A stretch of DNA of 62,613 nt, filler included, from Deltaproteobacteria bacterium (GTDB lineage: Bacteria > JAEEML01): the NCBI GenBank assembly GCA_016283195.1. It is 6 parts of 6 records of this genome, joined end to end, with 100 filler letters (N's around TTAATTAATTAA, not from the genome) between each part and the next. Parts side by side here need not be neighbours in the genome. Positions count along the whole stretch, not along the records: positions 1 to 29,631 come from JAEEML010000168.1; positions 29,732 to 33,557 come from JAEEML010000172.1; positions 33,658 to 46,261 come from JAEEML010000173.1; 3 more parts are not named here. One strand, 5' to 3'. This document shows, in pieces, positions 27,340 to 38,771 of the stretch (the first letter of the stretch is position 1; every line of letters begins with the position of its first letter). The position numbers and the translations under genes were made by a program. The notes beneath the pieces are model-generated. The model was not told the origin of the DNA. It was given only the letters and a program-made list of their open reading frames with translations, and searched no databases.

Positions 27340-28614
27340 ATGTTGAAAAATAGCCTAAAAATTCTAGCAGTCTTGTTATTAGCCCTACCTCTGGCCGCCT
27401 GCGGTGATGATACACCGACACCGCATCCAGCAAAATCTATAAGTACGAATACCGGCAACAATAACAACAATAACCAATCCAACAATAATAATAACAACAA
27501 CAATAACCAGCCAAACAATAATAACGACCAAAATTCCGATGCCGCCAGCGATAATACCCCGCGCACCAATTTGCCGGAAGGCGCTGCTTGCCAAAAAACC
27601 GAAGAATGCTCTGATACGCTGATTTGCTTAGATAGTACCTGTCAAAATAAATTAATCATCAACGAAGACGGCCAACCTAACGGCGCTACCTGTTCTCTCG
27701 GCTCTGAGTGCTTAAGCGGCCTCTGCCAAGGCGCCAAATGCGTTTGCCCCACAGGTTTTACCGGCGACCGCTGCGATACCTGCGAGCGCGACTATTTCGG
27801 CAAAAATTGTAAAAAATGCTCTACTTGTGTCAATGGCGGCTGTGATGACGGAGTAAGAGGCAGCGGCGCCTGTATGTGCGTTTCCGGCTTTACCGGCCCC
27901 ACCTGTGAAAAATGCGTAAAAGGTAATTATGGTGCACACTGCGTAAAATGCACCAAAGTCGGTGATACTTACCAAGGCGCAGCCAATGCCAGCGATTGCA
28001 GCTATGCCGATAACAGAAGCGAAAATAATCCCGTAACCTATAAGGTTGTTACCATCGGCGAGCAAATTTGGATGGCTGAAAATATCCGTTACAAAGCTCC
28101 CGGCGCCAATGGCACCGGCATCAATGGCCAATCGGTAGAGGGAGACCCAACCAAAGACGAAATATACGGCCTTATTTATACTTTTGATGAAGCAAAGAAG
28201 GTTTGCCCCAGTGGCTGGCGCCTGCCAAATAATAATGATTTTAAAGAACTATTAACTTTTGCCGGGGCAGAAAACGAAGAGGATGAAAACGAACAAATAT
28301 TCCTTGATCTCATCGAAAAGAGCGACCGCTGGGTGCATCACCAAAACAGAGGCACCGATAAGTATGGATTTTCTCTGCGCCCTGCCGGTTACAGGGAAGA
28401 TCTTGGTGTTGGCAAAACAGATTTAGATAAAGGCGTAAATGCCTATTTGTGGAGCAGCACCGTAGAGAGCGACTTAATTATTAAGTACTATTGCCTTGAT
28501 GCCGGCCAAAATAAATATGGTGAGGAAAATGTCGGGCGGGCTATATTGCATTCCATCGCCAATCATAATGAAGGTGACCGGCGCTCTGTACGCTGCATTT
28601 ATAAGCAAGACTAA
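27340..28614 (+). CDS. Lipoprotein: poly-Asn linker, EGF-like repeats, FISUMP (Fib_succ_major) domain
   Basis: Lipobox LAAC; YK.V.IG.Q.WMAEN, CP.GWRLP, GFS..PAG, WSST, SVRC. Confidence 0.85.
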   Translation: MLKNSLKILAVLLLALPLAACGDDTPTPHPAKSISTNTGNNNNNNQSNNNNNNNNNQPNNNNDQNSDAASDNTPRTNLPEGAACQKTEECSDTLICLDSTCQNKLIINEDGQPNGATCSLGSECLSGLCQGAKCVCPTGFTGDRCDTCERDYFGKNCKKCSTCVNGGCDDGVRGSGACMCVSGFTGPTCEKCVKGNYGAHCVKCTKVGDTYQGAANASDCSYADNRSENNPVTYKVVTIGEQIWMAENIRYKAPGANGTGINGQSVEGDPTKDEIYGLIYTFDEAKKVCPSGWRLPNNNDFKELLTFAGAENEEDENEQIFLDLIEKSDRWVHHQNRGTDKYGFSLRPAGYREDLGVGKTDLDKGVNAYLWSSTVESDLIIKYYCLDAGQNKYGEENVGRAILHSIANHNEGDRRSVRCIYKQD

Positions 28615-28659
28615 GACTATTTTCTAAATAATTCCAACAAAATAATCTCAACATATTGA

Positions 28660-29631
<972 letters not shown>

Positions 29632-29731
29632 NNNNNNNNNNNNNNNNNNNNNNNNNNNNNNNNNNNNNNNNNNNNTTAATTAATTAANNNNNNNNNNNNN
29701 NNNNNNNNNNNNNNNNNNNNNNNNNNNNNNN
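29632..29731. other. Artificial contig linker
   Basis: N44-TTAATTAATTAA-N44. Confidence 0.99.
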
Positions 29732-30290
29732 CATTTTTACCACCGGCTTCATATTCGCTCACCAAAATATATTGCTCACCACAGGCAATACCAAAACAGT
29801 GTCCGGGGCATCCCGGCTTTTCAATCTGATTGCCCCAATAGGTGGCTTTATCATCCAGCACTTTGATGCTATTACCCTGGACATTATAGATTTCATTTAT
29901 AAAAGAACCTTGTAATATAAATAAGTTATTTATTTTAGGCATACCATTTATACCGAGCGCGTTGACCTCGGCGATAAGCTGCTTTTTCAGCGGATTTTCG
30001 GCTTTTGGCAATTTATCGGCCGGCAATTGCCAGCGTTTTAAATTGGGATAAAGCTGGCGCAGCACCTCTTTATATTCTTCCTGGGTAAGATTCTTGCCGG
30101 TATTTTTATTATATTCCCCCACATATTGAGCGCAAAACTGCACCATCTCTTCCATGGTAAAATCACCGGTAAACGCGCCATCCTTATAACAATAAATGCA
30201 ATAATCGGTATTTTGGCTGCCATCGGCATTGGTGCCAAAAATCTCCGCGCCGAGCGGCATAGCGCAACTTTGACAAAAGAGCTGTTCCAT
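29732..30290 (-). CDS. Zinc-ribbon domain protein (Zn_ribbon_2), 3' truncated
   Basis: FCQSCAMP..GTNADGS.N.DYC.YCYKDG.FT, L.RW. Confidence 0.8.
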
Positions 30291-30428
30291 ATAATCCTCC
30301 CCAAAAACACATGCCGAGCTCATAAATTAGCTGGCACTTCTGGCGGAGAGAAGTAACAGTTTAGCCAGAAAATGGCAATATGCGAGGGAAAAAGCAAAGC
30401 CTGGTGATTATTTAACGGCGCCCAACAC

Positions 30429-31124
30429 TTACTCCCACACCTTAAATATCGGCCCGCTACCTTTGGCTAAGCATATTTGGCTTAGATTTATCCAACTCTT
30501 ACAATGGTCAAGTATGATGGAATCGGAGGTGATGACATTTTCCTTTGTCCATAATTCTTTATCTACCGCCTTAATTATTTGAATATCCAACTTATAAGGC
30601 CGGCCCTCGCCCAGAGTGGCAATAAGTGTTTTGAGCCGCCCTGAATTGGAAACCGGCTTATCCAGCAAAATGTGTACAGACTTTACCGTGAGTTCCTCCA
30701 GCGTATCTAAAAGCAAAAGCAGCGCAACCTCAGTCTCGGGAATTATTTTGTATGAACCGCGCAGGGCTGCCAAATCGCGGATAGCACCATCCATACCGAC
30801 GAACAACATGGAGCCGCTCAGCATAACTTCCAGCGTGATTATTGTATTAAAGCCATCAATCCAAATTTCTTCCCCAATAGCTGCCATCTTTTCTTTGGCG
30901 CGACGTCTCTCCAGTTGCGCGCTCGCAGCCACACTGCGGCTAATCGCCAAGCGCTGTCGCTCGGCCAGGGAAAAATGGTTACCAACGAAGGTCATGGCCT
31001 GTTTAAGTTCATAGCCTTCGTTCAGCAAATAACATATATGGCGTGCAGCCAGCCGCATGGTAGCCAGAGCTATGGGCGAAAAATATTCTTGATCCTTTGG
31101 CAGATATCCCCTTTTGGCATTCAT
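30429..31124 (-). CDS. DUF434-domain protein (PIN/NYN-like)
   Basis: YLL..GY, FVGNH..L..RQR, IDGFN.IIT.E, D.PVSNSG, D..I.D. Confidence 0.7.
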   Translation of the reverse strand: MNAKRGYLPKDQEYFSPIALATMRLAARHICYLLNEGYELKQAMTFVGNHFSLAERQRLAISRSVAASAQLERRRAKEKMAAIGEEIWIDGFNTIITLEVMLSGSMLFVGMDGAIRDLAALRGSYKIIPETEVALLLLLDTLEELTVKSVHILLDKPVSNSGRLKTLIATLGEGRPYKLDIQIIKAVDKELWTKENVITSDSIILDHCKSWINLSQICLAKGSGPIFKVWE

Positions 31125-31959
31125 GCGGCCTTCCCTCCAAATTTATCCTTATGCTTAAAGTAGCAACGCGACAATATACCTATTGGCAGAAAATAGAGAC
31201 ACCGTATTTTGAGAGCAATTTTCATTTCTTAAATGCCACCTTAAACACCCCTAAACAGGGGATGCGCACAACGCGGTTATCATCTAAACTATCAGCGAAG
31301 GCCGTAACAGTCGGAAGCAAGTTTTTAACCCTCAGGATATATAAGGCCCATTTCCCAAGAGGCCTTAGATTGTATTTTTACAGAGTCATGAGCAAGAATG
31401 GTAGCCATATAAGGAATTTTCTTTAGGCAGCGGCTTTCCTCTCATTACCCAGAGCCCTTGATGCACTTCATCCTTATTTTTCAATTAATCAACTTGGCTC
31501 ATTAAATAACATTATTCCCGATTCGGTACATCTCCAAGGTAAAAACATCATAGTACAATTTGAGCTTAAAAATGACATCGTTCCTGAAAAGCTCAAAAAC
31601 AACACTTTGCCGTTCTATATCAATAGTAAGGTTGGCTCATTTAGCTTAGATATTAACTTTGATGAAAACGCTAAGCCAACCATCGGCGGTTTAAAGTTGT
31701 AGTCTATATTGTTTGCATGAACTACCAGAACTAATTATCTATCCTGACGCTCTCCACTACCTACCAGGTATTTAAGTTTTCCGAATAGAATAAACCATTA
31801 CGCACAAACAGGTCGCCGGCGCCAACCGCCCTCATTTTACCCTTCTCGCCTTGGGTTCCGGCAGCTTAGCGCATGTTTTGGCGAGTCCATATTTCTCTCC
31901 ACGGCCGTAATGGCCTTGCTGCTTATAGCAAAAAAGTGGGGGCGGCTAAAGTGATTCAT

Positions 31960-33258
31960 TTATATTTCCAAACTGTTTTCATTTAAAAGAAAGTCGTAAA
32001 TTCCAATAACCGCACAGCCGAAGTCATCATAACGCGGCACCAACGGATTTCTCACAATCACTATCTTTTTAAAAGAATCATCTATCATCCTAAGTGGTTT
32101 TGTCTCCTGCTGCCACTTTGCCAAATCGGGAATAGCATAAGCCGATTGAATATAATATTTTTTGCTGCCGCCGGTAGCCACAAAATCTATCTCATAGTGG
32201 CGGCGTTCATTTTTGCCCGTTTCACTGATTTCTCTCACCTCCACCTCACCAACATCAACATTTAAGCCTCGGTAGCGCAGTTCATTATAAATAATATTTT
32301 CGATAAGATGCGTTTCCTCTATCTGCCGAAAGCCCAGGCGGGCATTACGCAAACCAACGTCCTCAAAATATATTTTAAAGGGCGAAGAAATATATTTTTT
32401 CCCTTTTATATCGTAGCGAGAAGCCTTTGATATTATAAAAGAATCAATAAAATATCCGATATATTTTTCAATAGTATTATCGGAAACCTTTTTTCCTTTT
32501 AAAGATAAAAAGGCTCTTTCCAGCTTTTTGGGATTGGTCAGGCAGGCAATACCGGAAGCCAAAACATCCAAAAGCTCCTCCAGCTCTCTTTCGCGGCGCA
32601 GATGGTTTCTCTGAATTATATCACGCAGATAAACATTACTAAGCTGGTTTGCAAGATAAAGGCTTTTTTGCTCACTAGTTACCATAGAGGCCACTGCCGG
32701 CAAGCCGCCATAGAGCAAATAGTTCTCCAATGCCTCTTCTTTAGTGCCCTTAAAAGCACTGAAAAATTCCCCAAAACTTAACGACAAAAGATGTATTTCG
32801 TCACCGCGACCGGCAAATTCGCTGAGCACATCGGAAGAAAGAAATTTAGAATTACTGCCGGTGACATAAACATCAAGGTTATTTTGGCGCAAATAGCCGT
32901 TTAAAACGGCTTCAAAAGCACCAAGTTTTTGCACCTCATCGAGGAGCAAATAGTAGCGGCCGTCATCTTTAATTTGTTTTTTTATGTAAGCGGTAAATTT
33001 ATGAGGATCGACTTGCCGGCCCTCAGTATCAATAGTTAAATAGTCTTCGTTTATCAGTTCCAGGTCAGCAGCGCTGTCAAAGGCAAATCTGATAATGTGC
33101 GCTTTATCGACCCCCGACGCTAAAAGCCATTCGTAAAAAATATTGTTTAAAAGATATGACTTACCGCTTCTTCTTATGCCGGTTATGACCTTAATAAGAC
33201 CATTATGGCGACGGATTTTTAGCTTTTCCAAATAGGTGTTGCGTTGTATTTCCATCAT
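31960..33258 (-). CDS. AAA_14 ATPase with DUF4143 C-terminal domain
   Basis: G.RRSGKS, LLDEVQ, TGSNS, GGLP, KIYF.DVG, EIDFVA. Confidence 0.88.
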   Translation of the reverse strand: MMEIQRNTYLEKLKIRRHNGLIKVITGIRRSGKSYLLNNIFYEWLLASGVDKAHIIRFAFDSAADLELINEDYLTIDTEGRQVDPHKFTAYIKKQIKDDGRYYLLLDEVQKLGAFEAVLNGYLRQNNLDVYVTGSNSKFLSSDVLSEFAGRGDEIHLLSLSFGEFFSAFKGTKEEALENYLLYGGLPAVASMVTSEQKSLYLANQLSNVYLRDIIQRNHLRRERELEELLDVLASGIACLTNPKKLERAFLSLKGKKVSDNTIEKYIGYFIDSFIISKASRYDIKGKKYISSPFKIYFEDVGLRNARLGFRQIEETHLIENIIYNELRYRGLNVDVGEVEVREISETGKNERRHYEIDFVATGGSKKYYIQSAYAIPDLAKWQQETKPLRMIDDSFKKIVIVRNPLVPRYDDFGCAVIGIYDFLLNENSLEI

Positions 33259-33429
33259 CTTCCTACTAAGCAAAACTGGTAAAATTACCAGAAACGTTTA
33301 GTAGATTAGACTTTTTTACCGGTTTTGTCAATTAAAGTCTTTCAAGTCGAGGAGGCCGCGAAAAATTACGAAATCAGACCCAGGCTCGGCAGTTGATTTA
33401 TAAAATATTTGTAAATTCATATAGATGAG

Positions 33430-33557
33430 CCCTCGCTATTTGTAAAAAATGGAGAGGGCGATATGCCATAATTTCCACGACTTGTGGGGTGAGGGCGCCG
33501 CAGGCAGAGGATCGATTTCCGCAAAAATCCAATAAGTTAGGAGGAGAGGTCCGCTTA
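33430..33557 (+). repeat. 128-bp dispersed repeat, copy 1 (runs into contig end)
   Basis: Exact reverse complement of 50828-50955. Confidence 0.9.
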
Positions 33558-33657
33558 NNNNNNNNNNNNNNNNNNNNNNNNNNNNNNNNNNNNNNNNNNN
33601 NTTAATTAATTAANNNNNNNNNNNNNNNNNNNNNNNNNNNNNNNNNNNNNNNNNNNN
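33558..33657. other. Artificial contig linker
   Basis: N44-TTAATTAATTAA-N44. Confidence 0.99.
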
Positions 33658-33826
33658 CTACCATTGCGAAGAAAATATTTCTATCGTCTGCGCCCCGGGC
33701 GATACTCCGGGAGTTTTGCAATATTCATCCACCAGCTGCGCCGATTATGAAGAATATTGCCCCGGCATAAAATGCCTCGCCCAAAGCGGCGAATGTGATT
33801 GGGATAAATGCAGCGACGATATGTAA
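33658..33826 (+). CDS. C-terminal fragment of Cys-rich protein (5' truncated)
   Basis: Open frame YHCEENISIVCAPG...CDWDKCSDDM* from contig start. Confidence 0.5.
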
Positions 33827-33998
33827 CCGTAAGCCGCAGGTAAAGAATATTTTTCCGCAAAACTACCGCGTATCAGAATTAGGGCCATAATAAAAAAGCT
33901 AGCATTATTCCGCCCTTTTCGCTTATACTGGCTCTACATTTTGGCCGGGCAGCTTGTTCCGGCTGATAGGCTAAAAAGAAAGATACGGAGTAAAAAAA

Positions 33999-34562
33999 GT
34001 GCGTAAAAAATATTTATCATCAAGGCCGGCCCTATGGCTTAGCGCTATGTCGCTAACGGCTATTATAGCCTTTTTCCCGCCTCCTCCGCCGCTCATGGCG
34101 CAGGAAGCCGGCACCCCGGAGGCCACGGCCGCGCCGGCGCAATATGAGACGCCTATCGGCTTTTGGCTCTCCGACGCCACCAAATCGCAATTTGGCGGCG
34201 TCTTTCAAATTTACCAGGAAGGTGCTGAAATCAAAGGCAAAATTGTGCGTCTTTTGCCGCGCATCGGCCACCCGGACGACGATTTAAACACCAAATGCGA
34301 CGGCTGTGACGGCGCTTTAAAGGGCCACCCCACCATAGGGCTTCCTTTTATTTACGGCTTTAAAAAAGAGGCCGACCGCGCCCGCTGGAGCGGCGGCAAA
34401 GTTATTGATTCCCGCTCCGGCAGTGCCTACAGCGCCCGTATGGAAGTGGTGGAAAACGGCAAAAAATTAAAAGTGCGCGGCTACCTGGGCACCCCCATGC
34501 TGGGCGCCACCGTCTATTGGACCAGAGTTACTTCAAAAGAAGATCTGCGCTCGCCGCTATGA
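33999..34562 (+). CDS. DUF2147 family secreted protein
   Basis: P.G.W, G.I, C..C.G, W.GG..D..SG..Y, L.VRGY.G, W.R. Confidence 0.85.
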   Translation: MRKKYLSSRPALWLSAMSLTAIIAFFPPPPPLMAQEAGTPEATAAPAQYETPIGFWLSDATKSQFGGVFQIYQEGAEIKGKIVRLLPRIGHPDDDLNTKCDGCDGALKGHPTIGLPFIYGFKKEADRARWSGGKVIDSRSGSAYSARMEVVENGKKLKVRGYLGTPMLGATVYWTRVTSKEDLRSPL

Positions 34563-34569
34563 GGACAAA

Positions 34570-34806
34570 ATGGCTGATATTATTATTAAACTAATGGGTA
34601 TTACTTATAAACCGCACGGTCGTTCGGAAGAAAAACTCCCCGCCGATGCGCCCATAAGCGTCAAAGATATTCTGCTAAAAATCGGCTACCGCGAAGTGGG
34701 GCTGGAATTTTTCATTGTGCATAGAAACGGTGAGGTTTTAAAGCTGGATTCTTTGGTAAACCCCGGCGATGAGCTATCCATTTTCATGCCGCTCGGCGGC
34801 GGCTGA
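34570..34806 (+). CDS. MoaD/ThiS ubiquitin-like sulfur carrier
   Basis: 78 aa, NG, GD...P..GG C-terminus. Confidence 0.8.
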   Translation: MADIIIKLMGITYKPHGRSEEKLPADAPISVKDILLKIGYREVGLEFFIVHRNGEVLKLDSLVNPGDELSIFMPLGGG

Positions 34807-34827
34807 GCCGGTGCCGGGGCGCTACTT

Positions 34828-35151
34828 TTAAGCCGTCACTCTTTTGTATAAAAACCAGCCCAAAAAAGCGAGAAGGGCCAGGTAAAAAACCACATCCAAT
34901 ATCTTTTCAAAAAGAGTGGCCGGTTTTTCCTCACCGTCGCTGCCGGCTATTTTTTGCATGCCGCCGCGGATGGAGAGCAAGGTGCCGCGCGAGCGCCGCT
35001 TTTTGGGCGCCTCTTTGGCTTTTTCGTTTTTCGGCTTACTCTCTTTGGGGGCCTTTTTGGCCTTTGGCTCTTTGCCTTTAGCCTCTTGGGCTTCCTCAAG
35101 ATCGGCCTCACCCTCACTCTTTAGAGCTGCTTTTTTCTTTTTCCCCGCCAT
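34828..35151 (-). CDS. Lys/Glu-rich hypothetical protein with C-terminal TM helix
   Basis: GAGGAG SD; hydrophobic tail VVFYLALLAFLGWFLY. Confidence 0.6.
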   Translation of the reverse strand: MAGKKKKAALKSEGEADLEEAQEAKGKEPKAKKAPKESKPKNEKAKEAPKKRRSRGTLLSIRGGMQKIAGSDGEEKPATLFEKILDVVFYLALLAFLGWFLYKRVTA

Positions 35152-35330
35152 ATTTTCTCCTCATGCGTTTTAACCCGCCGGCCAAGGGCCGCCGGCGCCG
35201 CTCACCATAACCAATTTTGCTTAACTATGCCAGAGCTATATAGCGCACTCAAAACTTGCCCTTATTCCGCTTTTTGCGTTAAAAGGGCGGCGATGCCACT
35301 TCCGGCATCCCATTACATAAGGATTTTCCC

Positions 35331-36026
35331 ATGTTAAAAAAAGCTATGGCTGAATGTATCGGTACTTTTTGGCTCGTTTTAGGCGGCTGCGGCGCGGCCT
35401 GTCTCGCCTGCGGCTTTCCCGCTCACGGCATCGGCTTTGCCGGCGTCTCTCTGGCCTTTGGTCTCACTGTGCTCACCATGGCCTATGCCATCGGCCACAT
35501 CTCCGGCTGCCACCTTAACCCCGCCGTCTCTTTGGGCCTGGCCGTCGGCGGCCGCTTTAGCTTTAAAGAACTGCCCTGGTACGTAGCGGCTCAGCTGGTG
35601 GGCGGCATTTTGGGCGCCCTTGTGCTCTTTTTAATTTTGCAAGGCACCGGTTTTGATTTCGCCAATGGCTTTGCTCTTAACGGCTATGGCGCACACTCTC
35701 CCGGCCACTTCGGCCTGGGTGCTGCCTTCCTCACCGAAGTGGTGATGACCGCCCTCTTTTTAATCATCATCATGGGTGCCACCGATAAGCGGGCGCCGGC
35801 GGGCATGGCCCCTGTGGCCATCGGCCTGGGTCTCACTTTGATTCACCTCATCTCCATTCCCGTAACCAACACCTCTGTCAACCCGGCCCGCTCCACCGCA
35901 GTGGCCGTTTTTGCCGGCGGCTGGGCTCTTAAAGAACTCTGGCTTTTCTGGGTGGCTCCGCTTTTGGGCGGCGCTCTCGGCGCGGCTTTTTACCGCTTTA
36001 TCGGCAAGAGTAGCGGCAAAGCATAA
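35331..36026 (+). CDS. aqpZ: Aquaporin Z
   Basis: Two NPA motifs; [24 protein letters not shown]. Confidence 0.97.
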   Translation: MLKKAMAECIGTFWLVLGGCGAACLACGFPAHGIGFAGVSLAFGLTVLTMAYAIGHISGCHLNPAVSLGLAVGGRFSFKELPWYVAAQLVGGILGALVLFLILQGTGFDFANGFALNGYGAHSPGHFGLGAAFLTEVVMTALFLIIIMGATDKRAPAGMAPVAIGLGLTLIHLISIPVTNTSVNPARSTAVAVFAGGWALKELWLFWVAPLLGGALGAAFYRFIGKSSGKA

Positions 36027-36046
36027 GGTTTTCGGGATATAGACGA

Positions 36047-36301
36047 TTATTTTTTCTTTTCTTCGAGCTCGGCTATTTTTTCTTCCAAATCAAGCACTTT
36101 TTCGCGAAGCACAGCCACCGCTTTGGTGAGTTCCTTATAATCGGCGTGCGATGGCAAATGGGCTTTTTGCAATAATTCCGTCATGATAGCCACCAGCTGG
36201 CCCTCGCTTTTGCTAAAGAGGTTGCCGGCATGCACCGCCACTTTGGTAAGCTGCTCTTTTTGCTCATCGGTAAGCCACCAGATATCATCAATTATTTTCA
36301 T
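36047..36301 (-). CDS. Small coiled-coil (phasin-like) hypothetical protein
   Basis: GAGG SD; LPS..D...L...V..L heptads. Confidence 0.5.
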   Translation of the reverse strand: MKIIDDIWWLTDEQKEQLTKVAVHAGNLFSKSEGQLVAIMTELLQKAHLPSHADYKELTKAVAVLREKVLDLEEKIAELEEKKK

Positions 36302-36404
36302 CTAAACCTCACATCCGGCCGGGTTTTTCCTTGCCATAAACCGGAAAGACTATTAGCATAAAAGTGCTGGTTTAATTACTAGCCAGCTTTGCCGAGGAGT
36401 TAGC

Positions 36405-38759
36405 ATGAAAAGCAGCAAATTGCAACACTATGTGGGCGTAATCATTCTAACATCTACTCTCCTTGCCGCGGCTTGCGGCGACCACAAGGGCAGCGAGTTA
36501 AACAAAAATGAGAGTTGCAAAGCCATGGTCGGTGATTTAGTCATCACCGAAATAATGGCCAACCCCAAAGGCAAAGACAGCGGCCACGAGTGGTTTGAAA
36601 TTTACAATGCCAGCAGTTCCAAGCAAATACTTACCGGCCTGATTCTCCGCCAGGAATACGGCCAAAACGATAAAGTCAAAACCAAAGAACATAAAGTAAA
36701 AGGCTCACTTACCCTGAACCCCGGTGCCTATTTTGTCTTTGGCGACAACTCCACCGATTTTGTGAATTATAATTATGGAAGCGGACTGGCCGATTGGAAT
36801 AACAACAGTGCCATCCTCACCATTTTGTGCGAAGGCACGGTTATAGATTCCATCAACTACGGCACGGCAGACGGCCTCCCCGTCCCCACCGAAGGCGTAG
36901 CCATTGCCTTTGACGGCTCCAGAAAGCCCGATGCCCAGGCCAATAACGATCCGGCCGCCTGGTGCAAAGCCTTGGATTCTTACGACGGCGGCGATAATTT
37001 AGGCACCCCCGGAAGTGTCAATCAGAGCTGCACCGTTTTGTCCTGCGTCAATAGCGGCAGCCGGGTAAACGCCATTGTCCCCGCGGCCGGCGATTTGGTC
37101 ATCACCGAAATTATGGCCGACCCGGCCGGTAGCGATTCAGCAAAAATAACCGAACCTGCCGATTCAGGAACAGAGCTTATAGAGATTAAACTAGACAAAA
37201 GAGAATATATCGAGCTTTACAATGCTTCCGACAAGGATCTCGATTTATACGGCCTTTATTTTAAACAAATCAAAGACGGCGCCACCGACGGCACCGCGCA
37301 CCAAATCCTTGCCTTGGGTGAAACCGTCAAAAACCGCAAAGAATGTATTCGCCTCCAGGCCGGCTCCTATATCCTCATCGGCATGAGCGAAGACGAAGAT
37401 AGAAACTGCGACCTTCATCCAGATGCGCTCTTCACCGGCAGTAACCTCAATAACAGCAGTGGCTCTTTTAAGCTCTATACAGCAGATGGCCTTTTAATTG
37501 ATACTGCCCCTTATGTGCAAAAGAAAGATTCTGTTTACATATTGCATCCGAACTATCTGGATGCCCAAGGGAATGATGACCCAACTCACTGGTGTTCTAT
37601 CAGAGGCGAAGATCTTTGCGAAGACTCCGGTTCCCCAGGAAGAGCCAATAACGTCTGTCAAACCAATACCGATAGCAGTAGCGATAATGTAGTTATTACC
37701 TGCGAAGGCGCGGCACCAATGACCGGCGATCTGGTAATCAGCGAGATTTATTCCGCCCCCGGCCCCAATTCAGACCAAGAATTTAGCAAAGAATTTGTTG
37801 AAGTTTATGCCACAAAAGCGGTGACGACAAACTCCATGACTCTTATCAGCAAATCATTATCTACTTCGGCATCTGCGCTCCGCAAATTCACCATTGATTT
37901 TGGTGAATGTTACACTTTTGAAGCTGGGAAATATGTCACTTTTGGCGGTAGCACCGACGAAAACGAAAACGAAGGCATTGCCGTGGACTTTGCTTATACC
38001 GGCACTTCAAAGGGGCTCTACCAGCCCAAAACCGGCTTCCTCATTGAGCTGCTTAATGGCACCACACTCATCGACAGCGCACCCAATGCCATGGGCGGCG
38101 CTTTAAAATCCGCCAACTTATCCGCCGATAAATTAAATGCCGTCGATAATGATGACAGCGCCAACTGGTGCTTGGCCGATCTCACCCCGGGCCAGGCTGC
38201 CGGCATCTGTAGCAATGAAGGCCCGGATACCGATGACTGCGATACCGAAAAAGCGCCCATCAGCGGCGATATCGCCATTACCGAGATTTATTCCGCCCCC
38301 GGCCCCAAAGCCGGCGAAGAATTTAATAAAGAATTTGTCGAAGTTTTCGTTGCCAGAACCATCGAGGTAAAAAGCTTAACCATTTTAAGTAAAACCGCTT
38401 CCGCTTCCGGCTCTCCCCGCACATTTACCGTAAACTTTGGCGAATGCAAAACCATTCAGGCCGGTGATTATCTCGCTTTTGGCGGCAGCGCCGATAAAGA
38501 ACTAAACGGCAATATCGATATCGATTATGTCTATACCGGCCCCTCCTCAGGCCTTAACCAGCCGACCAAAAACTATACTATTGAGCTTCTGCATAAAGGC
38601 ACCCTCATCGACAGTGCCCCCAACACTAAAGGCAAAGAAGGTAAATCAGCCAATTTCAATACCGCGAGCGGCTACGATTTTGCCTCTTTAAACGATGATG
38701 CCGCTAACTGGTGCGAAGCGGATCCAACTCCCGGCGGCGTCAATAATGCCTGTCAATAA
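36405..38759 (+). CDS. Lipoprotein with four lamin-tail-domain (LTD)-like repeats
   Basis: Lipobox AAAC; four GDLVI(T/S)EI...P...E(W/Y/F).E repeats each ending ND...WC...(T/S)PG. Confidence 0.85.
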   Translation: MKSSKLQHYVGVIILTSTLLAAACGDHKGSELNKNESCKAMVGDLVITEIMANPKGKDSGHEWFEIYNASSSKQILTGLILRQEYGQNDKVKTKEHKVKGSLTLNPGAYFVFGDNSTDFVNYNYGSGLADWNNNSAILTILCEGTVIDSINYGTADGLPVPTEGVAIAFDGSRKPDAQANNDPAAWCKALDSYDGGDNLGTPGSVNQSCTVLSCVNSGSRVNAIVPAAGDLVITEIMADPAGSDSAKITEPADSGTELIEIKLDKREYIELYNASDKDLDLYGLYFKQIKDGATDGTAHQILALGETVKNRKECIRLQAGSYILIGMSEDEDRNCDLHPDALFTGSNLNNSSGSFKLYTADGLLIDTAPYVQKKDSVYILHPNYLDAQGNDDPTHWCSIRGEDLCEDSGSPGRANNVCQTNTDSSSDNVVITCEGAAPMTGDLVISEIYSAPGPNSDQEFSKEFVEVYATKAVTTNSMTLISKSLSTSASALRKFTIDFGECYTFEAGKYVTFGGSTDENENEGIAVDFAYTGTSKGLYQPKTGFLIELLNGTTLIDSAPNAMGGALKSANLSADKLNAVDNDDSANWCLADLTPGQAAGICSNEGPDTDDCDTEKAPISGDIAITEIYSAPGPKAGEEFNKEFVEVFVARTIEVKSLTILSKTASASGSPRTFTVNFGECKTIQAGDYLAFGGSADKELNGNIDIDYVYTGPSSGLNQPTKNYTIELLHKGTLIDSAPNTKGKEGKSANFNTASGYDFASLNDDAANWCEADPTPGGVNNACQ

Positions 38760-38771
38760 GGGGGGCTTATA

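Noticed and set aside
31097-31702. Stop-codon readthrough or recoding at TAG 31424-31426
   Set aside because: Other genes (e.g. ending 25459, 45260) use TAG as a normal stop and the upstream frame looks non-coding
35285-35312. Fluoride-riboswitch-like GGCGATG before aqpZ
   Set aside because: Lacks the downstream conserved pairing; only a simple hairpin
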